Source: Clostridiales bacterium (GTDB lineage: Bacteria; Bacillota; Clostridia; Christensenellales; Aristaeellaceae). Taken from it: a stretch of 64,000 nt of DNA. The notes beneath the pieces are model-generated. The model saw nothing but the letters and a program-made list of their open reading frames with translations. It had not been told where the DNA came from and made no database searches. The stretch covers positions 5,121 through 69,120 of the forward strand of contig SFGO01000003.1 of assembly GCA_004556545.1 (NCBI GenBank), written 5' to 3'. Each line of letters starts with the position of its first letter. Position 1 is the stretch's first letter. This document shows, in pieces, positions 8,571-17,387 of the stretch. The position numbers and the translations under genes were made by a program.

Positions 8571-8610
8571 AATCCCTTGAGAATCAAAGTTCTCAAGGGA
8601 TTTTCTTTTT
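8571..8610 (+). terminator. intrinsic terminator after the tRNA-Met pair
   Basis: 13-bp stem AATCCCTTGAGAA / TTCTCAAGGGATT followed by TTCTTTTT. Confidence 0.8.
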
Positions 8611-8649
8611 GGCAGGAGAAGGCCACCGGCTATGCCGACGGAGGGGAAA

Positions 8650-8700
8650 GCGCTCTTTGCCAACAGCTGGGGGAAGCGGGATTCGCAGCCTGCAAAATAT
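8650..8700 (-). mobile_element. second, shorter ISL3-type end remnant homologous to 2058-2107
   Basis: GCGCTCTTTGCCAACAGCTGGGGGAAGCGGGATTCGCAGCCTGCAAAATAT aligns with GGCTCTTTGTCAAATGTTGGGGTAAGCAGGATTCGCAACCTGTAAAATGC at 2058-2107. The minus-strand frame ILQAANPASP matches ILQVANPAYP. Confidence 0.45.
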
Positions 8701-8736
8701 GTGCCGGGACTACATGGCCCCGGCACGATTTTTTTA
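8701..8736 (-). terminator. bidirectional hairpin terminator at the 3' end of the low-GC genes
   Basis: Stem GTGCCGGG / CCCGGCAC, flanked by GATTTTTTT on the plus strand and ATATTTTG on the minus strand. It lies directly past the stop at 8734. Confidence 0.6.
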
Positions 8737-9699
8737 ATCCTGCTGCAGGTATGCGTTGGTTCCTTTTATAAATTTGGTATTCACAAACCCTGCTTTATTC
8801 TTCCCGATAAGAAACGCCCATTCACTTTGCATAGATGATATGAAAACTTCCGACCCGTTAGAAAGCTTTCCAATCTTTTCCCCGCCGGGGCCGTCTCGGA
8901 GGATAAGCATTTTTCCATTTCCATGTTTTGAAGTATCAACAACCGTTTGTGTCATTAGTGCTAATGGGGAAAGATATTGATTGATATCAAATGTTCTCGC
9001 ATTAAATTGTTGGATTTCTACAGAATCGAGATCAAATCCAAGAACATCTTCCTCATTTCTTGCGTATCCGATGCTTCCGGTCAATTCTCTTGTTAATACA
9101 AAAGTATAGCAATCATAAAACAATTGTTGGACATACTGGCTTTCTATCGGTTCAGATGTTTGTACAACAAAGACTTCAAATCTCCAATTTGTTTCTATAC
9201 CTGCGACATGTGTAAAACATGATTGAAAACTATAACGATTATCACTTGTTTCGATTGAATAGTATAAATTTATGTCCTGTAAAGAATTTTCATATACTTT
9301 CCAGCAGGAGAAAGCTCTTAACTTAATAACGCCATGATGGATAGAAGGGATCAGCGCTTTCTCGTTGGCAGAAGACAAATTCAACTGCTGGTCGTTGCTG
9401 TCTCGCTGAAAAGTCAAAAGCACAACTTCCTGTTGATTGGTTGCAACAACAGGAAGGCTTGTTAGAACATGCTCATCAACTTCAACGTGATTGTCTTCAG
9501 GCCAAAAGAAAACAAACTGCTTCCATTTTTCATCAAGCTGAATAGAAAGCTTGTCTTGGAAATTTTCGAACGAATAAGGAGTTAGCTCGTGATCTTCGGC
9601 ATATTGAATGGGCGGCGCGGCAGCATCGGCAACTGAAAGACTGGGGACAGTACATAATGCAAAAATCACTACCAGTAAGCTGGCTAAGTATTGTTTCAT
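8734..9699 (-). CDS. secreted hypothetical protein with a C-terminal bacterial SH3-like domain
   Basis: ATG 9699 with an AAGGGAG RBS. Signal peptide MKQYLASLLVVIFALCTVPSLSVADA. The C-terminus ...GKMLILRDGPGGEKIGKLSNGSEVFISSMQSEWAFLIGKNKAGFVNTKFI resembles SH3b. The gene is AT-rich. Confidence 0.6.
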   Translation of the reverse strand: MKQYLASLLVVIFALCTVPSLSVADAAAPPIQYAEDHELTPYSFENFQDKLSIQLDEKWKQFVFFWPEDNHVEVDEHVLTSLPVVATNQQEVVLLTFQRDSNDQQLNLSSANEKALIPSIHHGVIKLRAFSCWKVYENSLQDINLYYSIETSDNRYSFQSCFTHVAGIETNWRFEVFVVQTSEPIESQYVQQLFYDCYTFVLTRELTGSIGYARNEEDVLGFDLDSVEIQQFNARTFDINQYLSPLALMTQTVVDTSKHGNGKMLILRDGPGGEKIGKLSNGSEVFISSMQSEWAFLIGKNKAGFVNTKFIKGTNAYLQQD

Positions 9700-9803
9700 G
9701 TTTGTGCTCCCTTTGTTAATCTTGTTATAGATCGGCTTGCCATAAAAACCACCGCAAAGCGTAACGGTTGTGTTTCTACCCGGACGGCAACAGCAAAATA
9801 CGT

Positions 9804-10358
9804 TCATTCGTCGTAAATATGGTTTTCTTCTTTCTCTTTTTTCAGGTCCGTGAAGTACCATACTTCTCCGGAATAGGGAGAGAGCGCTACATAATACTGA
9901 CTGGAATAGATTTTTCTATCTTCCGTTGGCTTTTCTCTTTCTTTGAAAAACAAGACCGAATAATACTCATGTTCGCGTTCCTGATCCATGAAGCATTCGA
10001 TCCAGAAATCTACATCAACAAGACATTGTTCGAGATCTGCGTCGATCTTGTTTTCCGTTAAGTACTCTGCAACGTGTTTCTTCGCGATTTCAATAACGGT
10101 GTCTGTATCCAGACAGGTTTCGTCAGGAACGCCGCGCCGGCTTCCCTTATTGAAGTAAATATATTTATTGTAGAAATCCGCCTTTTCCTGAAAAGACCAT
10201 GTGTATGTCGGGCCATTCTTTTCTGCGGCCTCGTACAATGCGTCCATGAGTTCGTCGTAGGTATAAAGCGGCTCTTCTGCATAAGAAAGCTGCATAATCA
10301 TTGCTGAAAAAACGAGAACCATTGCGAGAAATAAGCCAATTTTTTGAAGATGTTTCAT
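9804..10358 (-). CDS. secreted hypothetical protein
   Basis: 184-aa ORF with signal peptide MKHLQKIGLFLAMVLVFSAMIMQLSYA. It is AT-rich and has no recognisable catalytic motif. Confidence 0.55.
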   Translation of the reverse strand: MKHLQKIGLFLAMVLVFSAMIMQLSYAEEPLYTYDELMDALYEAAEKNGPTYTWSFQEKADFYNKYIYFNKGSRRGVPDETCLDTDTVIEIAKKHVAEYLTENKIDADLEQCLVDVDFWIECFMDQEREHEYYSVLFFKEREKPTEDRKIYSSQYYVALSPYSGEVWYFTDLKKEKEENHIYDE

Positions 10359-10631
10359 AGCAGTCCATCACCTTTCCTTTCTGCACGCTCAACGCACCGT
10401 TCGGCAGCGGCGCTAACGGGGCATTTTCCGTCATCTGCCGCTGGCAAAAATCTCGATTTTTCTCCCCTAAACCTTCGGTTTTTGCCGTTGCATCGAACGA
10501 AAAATGCTATGGTCTTAGGACGATTCCTATTATATCCGTTCATGGGCGCAAAAGCTACTCGACAAATGTAAATTGTTGGCAGCATCCCCTCCCCTCCGAA
10601 CGCCTTGCCGCGCTCATTCCCCGAATGGGCA

Positions 10632-10660
10632 TTGTGCCTTTTTGGGCAGCATGTTATAAT
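10632..10660 (+). promoter_or_regulatory. extended -10 promoter of the hydrolase gene
   Basis: TTGTGC, 17-nt spacer ending in TGT, then TATAAT (10655-10660). Confidence 0.5.
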
Positions 10661-10703
10661 GAAAGAAAGACGCTCGATTTTGGACTTGAAGGAGGAACGT
10701 TTC

Positions 10704-11621
10704 ATGGCAGAGGCGATCAAAGGAAGTTTTCGTTCCGTTACCGGACAGGAACTGGAAAAGCGGCTTTGGCCCGCGGACGGCGAGCCGAAGGCGATCGTGC
10801 AGTTTGTGCACGGAATGGCGGAGCATATCGACCGCTATGACGCGCCTGCGAAAGCGCTGAATCAGGCGGGCTTTCTGGTGGTGGGGCATACCCATCTGGG
10901 CCATGGCCGGAACGCGGCGGTGAAGGGCTATTTTGCCGAAAAGGATGGCTGGGATGCGCTGATCGAAGATACCAACGCCCTGCGCCGGGAGGTGCAGGCC
11001 CAGTATCCTGAGCTGCCTTATTTCCTGTTGGGGCACAGCATGGGCAGCTTCGTGGCCCGCACCTACTGCCTGAAGTACGAAGAAGGGCTGGCAGGCGCGA
11101 TTTTCAGCGGCACCGGCCATTTTGGGAAGGGCATTGTGATGGCGGGAACGGCCATCGCCGCCGTACAGTGCTTCTTCGGCGGGGCACAGAAGCCCTGCAT
11201 GCTGCTGCATCATATGAATTTCTCCGCCAATAACAAAAAGGTGGAAAATCCCCAGACCGACAGCGACTGGCTCACTCGGGACGGGGAGCAGGTGGCCAAG
11301 TATAAGGCCGACCCGCTGTGCGGCTTTCCCTTCACCGCCCGGGCCTATGCGGATATGTTCGACGGCCTGCGCCGCCTGTACCCGGAGCATCTCTCCGCCA
11401 TGAAAAAGGACGTTCCCGTGCTGCTTTTTGCGGGCGATCACGACCCGGTCGGCAGCAACGGGCAGGGTGTGCGGCAGGTGTATGAGGAGATCCGGGCGGC
11501 AGGCGTTCGGGATGTGACGCTCAAGCTCTACGAGGGCGGACGGCACGAGATGTTCAACGAGATCAATCAGGAAGAGGTCTATGCCGACCTAATCGGCTGG
11601 CTGAACAGCAAGCTGGCCTGA
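10704..11621 (+). CDS. alpha/beta hydrolase (lysophospholipase / monoacylglycerol-lipase-like)
   Basis: ATG 10704 after GAAGGAGG. It has the nucleophile elbow GHSMGS and the FVHGMAEH motif. 305 aa. Confidence 0.8.
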   Translation: MAEAIKGSFRSVTGQELEKRLWPADGEPKAIVQFVHGMAEHIDRYDAPAKALNQAGFLVVGHTHLGHGRNAAVKGYFAEKDGWDALIEDTNALRREVQAQYPELPYFLLGHSMGSFVARTYCLKYEEGLAGAIFSGTGHFGKGIVMAGTAIAAVQCFFGGAQKPCMLLHHMNFSANNKKVENPQTDSDWLTRDGEQVAKYKADPLCGFPFTARAYADMFDGLRRLYPEHLSAMKKDVPVLLFAGDHDPVGSNGQGVRQVYEEIRAAGVRDVTLKLYEGGRHEMFNEINQEEVYADLIGWLNSKLA

Positions 11622-11649
11622 ATCCCGCTTGGAAACCTACGAAAGAACG

Positions 11650-13914
11650 ATGAAGAAAGAAGGCGGAGGGTTGGAATCCGAGCAGTTAACAGCGGTGGTG
11701 CAGGATACCACCTTCCGCAACGATGAAAACGGCTATACGGTGCTGCGGGTCACGGTGGGCCGCACCACGCAGACCGTGGTGGGGCAGATGCCGGAATTAA
11801 GCCCTGGCGAAAACGTGACCTTTGAGGGCAGCTGGACGGAACACCCCGCCTATGGCAAGCAGTTTCATGCCCTGAAATGCACCATTACGCCGCCGACCGG
11901 GAAAACCGCCATTGAAAAGTATTTGGGCTCCGGCCTGATTCGAGGCATCGGCCCGTCTACGGCCAAGCTGATCGTGCGGCATTTCGGGGAAAACGCGCTG
12001 GAAATTCTGGACGAGCATCCCGAACGCCTGACCGAGGTCAGCGGTATCGGCAAGAAAAAAGCCGCCATGATCCTGGAAAGCTACGCCCAGCAGATGGGCA
12101 TGCGCCGGGTGCTGGTGTTCTTGCAGAATTACGGCATCAGCCCCAATCTGGCTATGCGGATCGGCAAATATTACGGGGAAAATACCGTAGAGCTGATTCG
12201 TGAAAATCCCTATCGCATGGTGATGGATATCGACGGCGTAGGCTTTCTGACCGCCGACCGCATCGCCCTCAGCATGGGCATGGATCCCCAGAGCGAGTTC
12301 CGCATCCGCGCCGCGCTGTTTTATCTGCTCAGCGAGGCGGCCAACGGGGCGGGGCATACCTATCTTCCCCGGGAAATGCTGCTCAGCCGGGCCGCAGCCA
12401 TGCTGCATGCGCCGGAAGAGCTGGTGGACGCGCAGATTTCCCATGCGCTGCTGGAAAAAATGATGGTGGGCTTTTCCATTCCCGATTGCGAAAACGCCCT
12501 TTGCCTGCCCCTTTATTATCTGGCGGAAAGCGAAATCGCGCTGCGGCTGACCCGGCTGATGCACGCCCGGCCCTATAAGCGGGTGCAGGGCCTGAACAGC
12601 CGGATTGCCGAATACGAAAAGGAAACCGGCGTTTCGTTCTCCGAAACGCAGCGCAGGGCCATCCGCAGCGCCGTGGAGGAAGGCGTGCTGGTCATTACCG
12701 GCGGCCCTGGCACCGGCAAAACCACCATCATCCGCTGCATTCTGTCCCTGCTGAAGGACAATAACGACATTCTCCTGTGCGCGCCGACGGGCCGCGCCGC
12801 CAAGCGCATGAGCGAGGCCACCGGCGAGGAGGCCAAAACCATCCACCGGCTGCTGGAATACGGCGGCGACAGCGGCGCTTTCGCCCGAAGCGAGGATTAT
12901 CCGCTGGAATGCGACTGCCTGATTGTAGACGAAATGAGCATGGTGGACGTGAACCTGATGCGCGGGCTGATGCGCGCTGTGCTGCCCGGCACCCGCGTCA
13001 TTCTGGTGGGCGACGCGGATCAGCTGCCCAGCGTGGGCGCGGGCAATGTGCTCAAGGATATTCTGGACAGCGACGTGGTGCCCTCCATTCGCCTGACGGA
13101 TATTTTCCGGCAGGACGAGAGCAGCATGATCGTCCTCAACGCCCATCGGATCAACCATGGAGAAATGCCCGTTCTGCGCAGCCGGGACACGGATTTTTTC
13201 TTTACCCGAAAGGTATTGCAGTCCGAAGCGGCGCAGGCCATCTGCGACCTGCTGCGCTCCCGTTTGCCCAAATATCTGGGCTTTCCCAAGGAGCAGTGGC
13301 AGGCTCAGGCCACCCGCTGCATTCAGGTGCTGACGCCGACCAAAAAGGGCGACTGCGGCGCGGCCAACCTGAACCGTCTGCTGCAGGAGACCCTGAACCC
13401 GGAGCGTCCCGGCGTGGACTCCCTGCTGCACGGCGAAACCGAATATCGGGTGGGGGACAAGGTCATTCAGACCAAAAACGATTATCAGATCGAATATACC
13501 CGCCAGACGCCCTTTGGGCCGGAGGAAGGCGCGGGCGTGTTCAACGGCGACGTGGGCTACATCGAGCATATCGACCCGGCCGAACATATGATGACCGTGC
13601 TGTTTGACGACGACCGGGCCGTCACCTATCAGAAGCAGCAGCTGGACGCGCTGGACTTGGCCTATTGCCTGACCGTTCATAAAAGCCAGGGCAGCGAATT
13701 CCCGGTGGTGGTCATGCCGGTGGTGGGCGGGCCGCCCATGCTGATGGCCCGGAACCTGCTCTATACCGCCCTGACCCGCGCCCGGCAGCTGGTCGTACTG
13801 GTAGGGCGGGAAGAAGTGATTCGCCAGATGGTGGAAAACGATCACGTGGCCAAGCGCTACACCACCTTGAAGGATCGGCTTCTGGCCGCGGCGCAGATGG
13901 AGCCGGAAGCCTGA
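11650..13914 (+). CDS. recD2: RecD2-type SF1 ATP-dependent DNA helicase
   Basis: Walker A ITGGPGTGKTT, motif DEMSMVD, VGDADQLPSVGAGNV and the C-terminal TVHKSQGSEFP. Helix-hairpin-helix region in the N-terminal part. The start is uncertain (TTG 11629, ATG 11650 or TTG 11671). Confidence 0.85.
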   Translation: MKKEGGGLESEQLTAVVQDTTFRNDENGYTVLRVTVGRTTQTVVGQMPELSPGENVTFEGSWTEHPAYGKQFHALKCTITPPTGKTAIEKYLGSGLIRGIGPSTAKLIVRHFGENALEILDEHPERLTEVSGIGKKKAAMILESYAQQMGMRRVLVFLQNYGISPNLAMRIGKYYGENTVELIRENPYRMVMDIDGVGFLTADRIALSMGMDPQSEFRIRAALFYLLSEAANGAGHTYLPREMLLSRAAAMLHAPEELVDAQISHALLEKMMVGFSIPDCENALCLPLYYLAESEIALRLTRLMHARPYKRVQGLNSRIAEYEKETGVSFSETQRRAIRSAVEEGVLVITGGPGTGKTTIIRCILSLLKDNNDILLCAPTGRAAKRMSEATGEEAKTIHRLLEYGGDSGAFARSEDYPLECDCLIVDEMSMVDVNLMRGLMRAVLPGTRVILVGDADQLPSVGAGNVLKDILDSDVVPSIRLTDIFRQDESSMIVLNAHRINHGEMPVLRSRDTDFFFTRKVLQSEAAQAICDLLRSRLPKYLGFPKEQWQAQATRCIQVLTPTKKGDCGAANLNRLLQETLNPERPGVDSLLHGETEYRVGDKVIQTKNDYQIEYTRQTPFGPEEGAGVFNGDVGYIEHIDPAEHMMTVLFDDDRAVTYQKQQLDALDLAYCLTVHKSQGSEFPVVVMPVVGGPPMLMARNLLYTALTRARQLVVLVGREEVIRQMVENDHVAKRYTTLKDRLLAAAQMEPEA

Positions 13915-13945
13915 ACGCCATTTTCAAAACAGAAGGGAAAGGGCC

Positions 13946-14695
13946 ATGATTACCGACAGCTATGATATTCAGACGGAACCAATGCTCAGCCTGCGGGATT
14001 TTTACGGCGAGCCCGGCCATCTGGTGGAAAAATGCCTGATTCTCTTTTCCAAAAGCATCCATCAGTATTTGCTGGATACCTTTGAATGCCAGCCCATCGG
14101 CACGCTGACCAGCTGCAACGGCAATAAGACCATTTATCAGTTCTGCCATGAGGGCGAGAACATCGGCTTCTATCTGACGGACATCGGCTCGGCCTTGGCC
14201 GCGTCGCTGTGCTATGAGGCCAGCTGGCTCACCGGAGCCCAAAAGTTTATCATGTTCGGCTCCTGCGGCAGTCTGGATCGTGAAAAAACCGCAGGCAGGT
14301 TTATCCTGCCCACGGAAAGCTATCGCGGCGAAGGCTGCTCTTACTATTACGCTCCTCCGGCGGATTATATCCGGATTGCCAACAGCGACCGGCTGAAGGA
14401 AATCTTTGAAGCGCTTCAGATCCCCTATGTGCAGGGCCGGGTGTGGACCACCGACTGTATGCTTCGGGAAACGAAAGGGTTGGTCGCCCGGCGGAAAAGC
14501 GAAGGCTGCATCGCCGTCGAAATGGAACTGGCGGGCGTTCAGGCGGGCTGCGATTTTTATCATCTGGAGCTTTACGATTTTCTGGAAGCAGGCGACGTGC
14601 TGGAAGAAAGCGGCTATGAAGTGACCGGCCTCGCCCGTGCCAATCACGACTTTGGCAAGCTGTTTGTTGCCCTGAAGATCGCCCATCGGATCTGA
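13946..14695 (+). CDS. nucleoside phosphorylase family protein (PNP_UDP_1-like)
   Basis: 249 aa. FGSCGSL...ILPTES..GEG.S and AVEMELAG motifs are typical of uridine/purine nucleoside phosphorylase folds. Confidence 0.6.
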   Translation: MITDSYDIQTEPMLSLRDFYGEPGHLVEKCLILFSKSIHQYLLDTFECQPIGTLTSCNGNKTIYQFCHEGENIGFYLTDIGSALAASLCYEASWLTGAQKFIMFGSCGSLDREKTAGRFILPTESYRGEGCSYYYAPPADYIRIANSDRLKEIFEALQIPYVQGRVWTTDCMLRETKGLVARRKSEGCIAVEMELAGVQAGCDFYHLELYDFLEAGDVLEESGYEVTGLARANHDFGKLFVALKIAHRI

Positions 14696-14715
14696 ATACC
14701 TGCCCGGCGCTTCCA

Positions 14716-15300
14716 TTACACCTGCTGTGCCGCCAGCCCGTGACGGGTGCAGTACCAGAACAGCGTGCCATGGGCAAAGAAGGGGAAACGGGCTTCCGGG
14801 CTCCATTCCGGGTACAGCTTTTTCAGAATCAGCGTATCGTTGGAAAGAAAAGCGATAAAGGAAAGGGAATGTTCCCGGCTCATCTCGTGATTCGAGATCA
14901 CGTACCATTCTCCGTCGGAAAGCTCCACGAGCAGCCGTTCCTCCGGCTCGGCGGCGCGAACGGGCAGGGGAGACAGCTTCCGGCCGCAGCAGACCGCGTC
15001 GGTCGGTTCGGTGGAAAACAGCAGATTGCCGCATTCCGGGCAGACGTAAAAATTCAGCTTTTTCAGATTGCCGCTGCTGGAACCGCGCTCCTGCAAGCCG
15101 CCGTATAAAAGGGCCTTTACATCCACATCCAGCACCCGGGCCAGCGCAGGCAGCAGGGAAATATCCGGCGCGCCGCCGCCGCACTCCCATTTGGATACGG
15201 TCTTGTCGCTGACGCAGAGCTTTTCGGCCAGTTCCAGCTGAGTCATGCCTTTCATTTGACGTTGGGAGCGGATCACCGCTCCTGTTTTGATGGGATCCAT
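14716..15300 (-). CDS. XRE-family HTH fused to a desulfoferrodoxin-like (desulforedoxin zinc-ribbon plus SOR-like) module
   Basis: ATG 15300 after GAGGAGG. The N-terminus QRQMKGMTQLELAEKLCVSDKTVSKWECG is an HTH_3 domain. YVCPECGNLL...AVCCGRKL matches the Dfx centre-I CxxCGN..VCCG. NHEMSREHSLSFIAFL and YCTRHG match SOR centre-II His/His/Cys/His positions. Confidence 0.7.
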   Translation of the reverse strand: MDPIKTGAVIRSQRQMKGMTQLELAEKLCVSDKTVSKWECGGGAPDISLLPALARVLDVDVKALLYGGLQERGSSSGNLKKLNFYVCPECGNLLFSTEPTDAVCCGRKLSPLPVRAAEPEERLLVELSDGEWYVISNHEMSREHSLSFIAFLSNDTLILKKLYPEWSPEARFPFFAHGTLFWYCTRHGLAAQQV

Positions 15301-15391
15301 TTTGTCCACCTCCTCTGTCATCATAGCCGAAAGCGACGCTTGGCACAATCAACGTTTCGTAGATAAGCGGGAAAATGTGGAAGAATGTTTC

Positions 15392-15421
15392 TTGACAGCG
15401 GCTTTTTTCTGCGTCTATACT
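15392..15421 (+). promoter_or_regulatory. SigA-type promoter of the SGNH hydrolase gene
   Basis: TTGACA (15392-15397), 18-nt spacer, TATACT (15416-15421). Confidence 0.55.
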
Positions 15422-15473
15422 GGGCGCTGGAAAAAGCGCCGGACGCGCTTTTACGGCAAAGGAGGACACGAAA

Positions 15474-16124
15474 ATGCTTTTGGGAAAAAACGATAAACTG
15501 CTGTTCATCGGCGACTCCATTTCGGATTACGACCGCGCCAGGCCGGTAGGCGAGGGGCTGTTCAAAGCGTGGGGCACCAGCTATGTGGCCGATGTGGGTT
15601 CGCTTCTGTGCTGCATGTACCCGGAACTGAACCTGCGCATTGTCAATATGGGCATCAGCGGCAATCAGATCCGGGATCTGGATCGCCGCTGGCAGACGGA
15701 CGTGCTGGATCTGAAGCCGGATTTCGTCAGCATATTGATCGGCATCAACGACGTTTGGCGGCAGTTCGACAGTCCGCAGATGCCGGAGCAGCATGTGCCA
15801 ACGGACGAATACGAGGCCACCTACCGCAAGCTGATCGAAGAAACGCTGCCCAAAGTCAAGGGCATGATCCTGATGACGCCCTACATGATGGAGCCTAACC
15901 GCAAGGATCCCATGCGGGCCCGGATGGACGAATACGGCGAGATCGTCCGCAGACTGGCGGAGGAATACAAGCTGGTCTTTGTAGACCTGCAGGCGGGCTG
16001 GGACCGGCTGTTTGAGCACATGCATCCCTGCAATATCGCTTGGGACCGCATCCATCCCAATCAGGTCGGCTGCATGTACATTGCCAAGCAGTTCCTTAAG
16101 GCCATCGGCGCGGATCGGGCGTGA
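15474..16124 (+). CDS. SGNH/GDSL-family hydrolase
   Basis: Block I FIGDSISD, block III GINDV and a DRIHP-type block V. 216 aa. RBS AAGGAGG. Confidence 0.8.
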   Translation: MLLGKNDKLLFIGDSISDYDRARPVGEGLFKAWGTSYVADVGSLLCCMYPELNLRIVNMGISGNQIRDLDRRWQTDVLDLKPDFVSILIGINDVWRQFDSPQMPEQHVPTDEYEATYRKLIEETLPKVKGMILMTPYMMEPNRKDPMRARMDEYGEIVRRLAEEYKLVFVDLQAGWDRLFEHMHPCNIAWDRIHPNQVGCMYIAKQFLKAIGADRA

Positions 16125-16177
16125 AAAGTCCGGCTATGAGATCGTTGATTGACTGATCGAAAGGGAGAGGGGCAAAG

Positions 16178-16648
16178 ATGAAAACGATCGAGTTACAGAA
16201 AATGACAAGGGAACTTTGTCATGAACTGTATAAGGGCTGGAGCAACGATGCGTCCATCTATACGGATATGTCCCTTTTCAAGCCGTATTCCTATGAGAAA
16301 GCGGCGGTTGACCGGTATTTTGACTCGAAAAACGAAACCTCGCGCATTCTGTTTGCCATCATGCTGGAGGATAGATCCATCGGAGAGCTGCAGCTGAAGC
16401 GGATAGACCGGGAGAAAGCAGAATGCACCTTGAGCATTCATCTGCAGAACGACGCTGTGAAAGGAAAAGGATACGGAACGCAGGCCGAGCGCATGGCGGT
16501 CCAATATGCCTTTGACGAGCTGGGAATGGCCGCAGTCAATGCGGATGCCGTCAGGAAGAATATCCGAAGCCAGCACGTTCTGGAAAAGGTGGGCTTTCGC
16601 CTGATCGCCGAAGATGATCTTTTCAAATACTACCGTATGGAGCGGTAA
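16178..16648 (+). CDS. GNAT-family N-acetyltransferase (RimJ/RimL-like)
   Basis: 156 aa. The acetyl-CoA motif region is ...LQNDAVKGKGYGTQAERMAVQYAF.... RBS GGGAGAGGGG. Confidence 0.7.
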   Translation: MKTIELQKMTRELCHELYKGWSNDASIYTDMSLFKPYSYEKAAVDRYFDSKNETSRILFAIMLEDRSIGELQLKRIDREKAECTLSIHLQNDAVKGKGYGTQAERMAVQYAFDELGMAAVNADAVRKNIRSQHVLEKVGFRLIAEDDLFKYYRMER

Positions 16649-16698
16649 AGACGGCTTGCCGGACAGCGCTATACGGAGCCTCCTGAAAGAATGTACGA

Positions 16699-16738
16699 AC
16701 CCCCTTCGGACACAGAAAAGCCCGAAGGGGGCTCTTTT
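16699..16738 (+). terminator. intrinsic terminator after the GNAT gene
   Basis: 10-bp stem CCCCCTTCGG / CCGAAGGGGG followed by CTCTTTTAT. Confidence 0.65.
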
Positions 16739-16740
16739 AT

Positions 16741-16792
16741 CCCCAAACAAAAACACCCCGCGTTTCATTCGTGTGCCGAACGAAACGCGGGG
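16741..16792 (-). terminator. intrinsic terminator of hup
   Basis: 11-bp stem CCCCGCGTTTC / GAAACGCGGGG, followed on the minus strand by TGTTTTTGTTT. Confidence 0.75.
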
Positions 16793-16808
16793 CGAGGAAA
16801 AACAGAAC

Positions 16809-17084
16809 TTACTTGTTCACGCTGTCCTTCAGAGCCTTACCGGCCTTGAAAGCGGGAGCCTTGGAAGCGGCGATCTCCACAGCCTCGCCAGTGCGGGGGT
16901 TGCGGGCGGTACGGGCGGCGCGGTTCACCACTTCGAAGCTGCCGAAGCCTACAATCTGCACCTTTTCACCGGCGGTCAGGGACTCGGTCACGGTCTCGGT
17001 GAAGGCGGCCAGCACCTTCTCGGCGTCCTTCTTGGACAGAGCAGCTTTCTCAGCGATCGCATTTACCAGTTCAGCTTTATTCAT
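16809..17084 (-). CDS. hup: HU-family DNA-binding protein
   Basis: MNKAELVNAIAEKAALSKKDAEKVLAAFTETVTESL..GEKVQIVGFGSFEV..RAARTARNPRTGE is a canonical HU sequence. RBS AAGGAGGA. Confidence 0.95.
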   Translation of the reverse strand: MNKAELVNAIAEKAALSKKDAEKVLAAFTETVTESLTAGEKVQIVGFGSFEVVNRAARTARNPRTGEAVEIAASKAPAFKAGKALKDSVNK

Positions 17085-17123
17085 AGTAATATCCTCCTTA
17101 CATAGTTGGGGTAGCAGAATGGG

Positions 17124-17152
17124 AGTATAGCAAAACAAAATGCGGCTGTCAA
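17124..17152 (-). promoter_or_regulatory. hup promoter
   Basis: On the minus strand: TTGACA (17152-17147), 17-nt spacer ending in TGC, TATACT (17129-17124). Confidence 0.65.
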
Positions 17153-17387
17153 TGCCTGAACGCCTGAGTTAACAAAGATTCAGCCATTTTTTACGTATTT
17201 TGAGAGAGATTGGGGCATGTTTTTACTTATTTTACGGCAAAAAGCCCGTTTTTGGGGCATGGCATTTTGTGAAAGGCTCCTTCGGCAGGAGTTGAAGCGT
17301 CGGATGTCGTATTCCTTTCTGTAAGGGAAGAGAAAAATACGCCCGCTTTTTTGTCCGGGCGGTGAATGCTGATTCGGAGGAAGCCAT

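Noticed and set aside
10360-10630. GC-rich, hairpin-containing region upstream of the 184-aa secreted-protein gene, considered as a c-di-GMP or other riboswitch
   Set aside because: It contains GGCAAAAACC and several helices but lacks the ACGCAAAGC-type core of GEMM-I. No convincing promoter places these helices in a transcript, so the evidence is insufficient.
11797-13845. 682-aa minus-strand ORF antisense to recD2
   Set aside because: Shadow ORF. The plus-strand frame carries all SF1 helicase motifs. The antisense product is Gly/Ala/His/Gln-rich and has no motif.
15422-15452. Mutually exclusive mini-hairpins (GGCGCT/AGCGCC vs AGCGC/GCGCT plus TTT) in the SGNH hydrolase leader
   Set aside because: The stems are only 5-6 bp in 65% GC DNA, which is easily a chance occurrence.
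17330-17365. Hairpin CGCCCG-N10-CGGGCG upstream of the alarmone synthetase gene, considered as a riboswitch or terminator
   Set aside because: It has only a 6-bp stem and no proper U-tract in the sense orientation. No resemblance to ykkC/ppGpp or PRPP aptamers could be seen.
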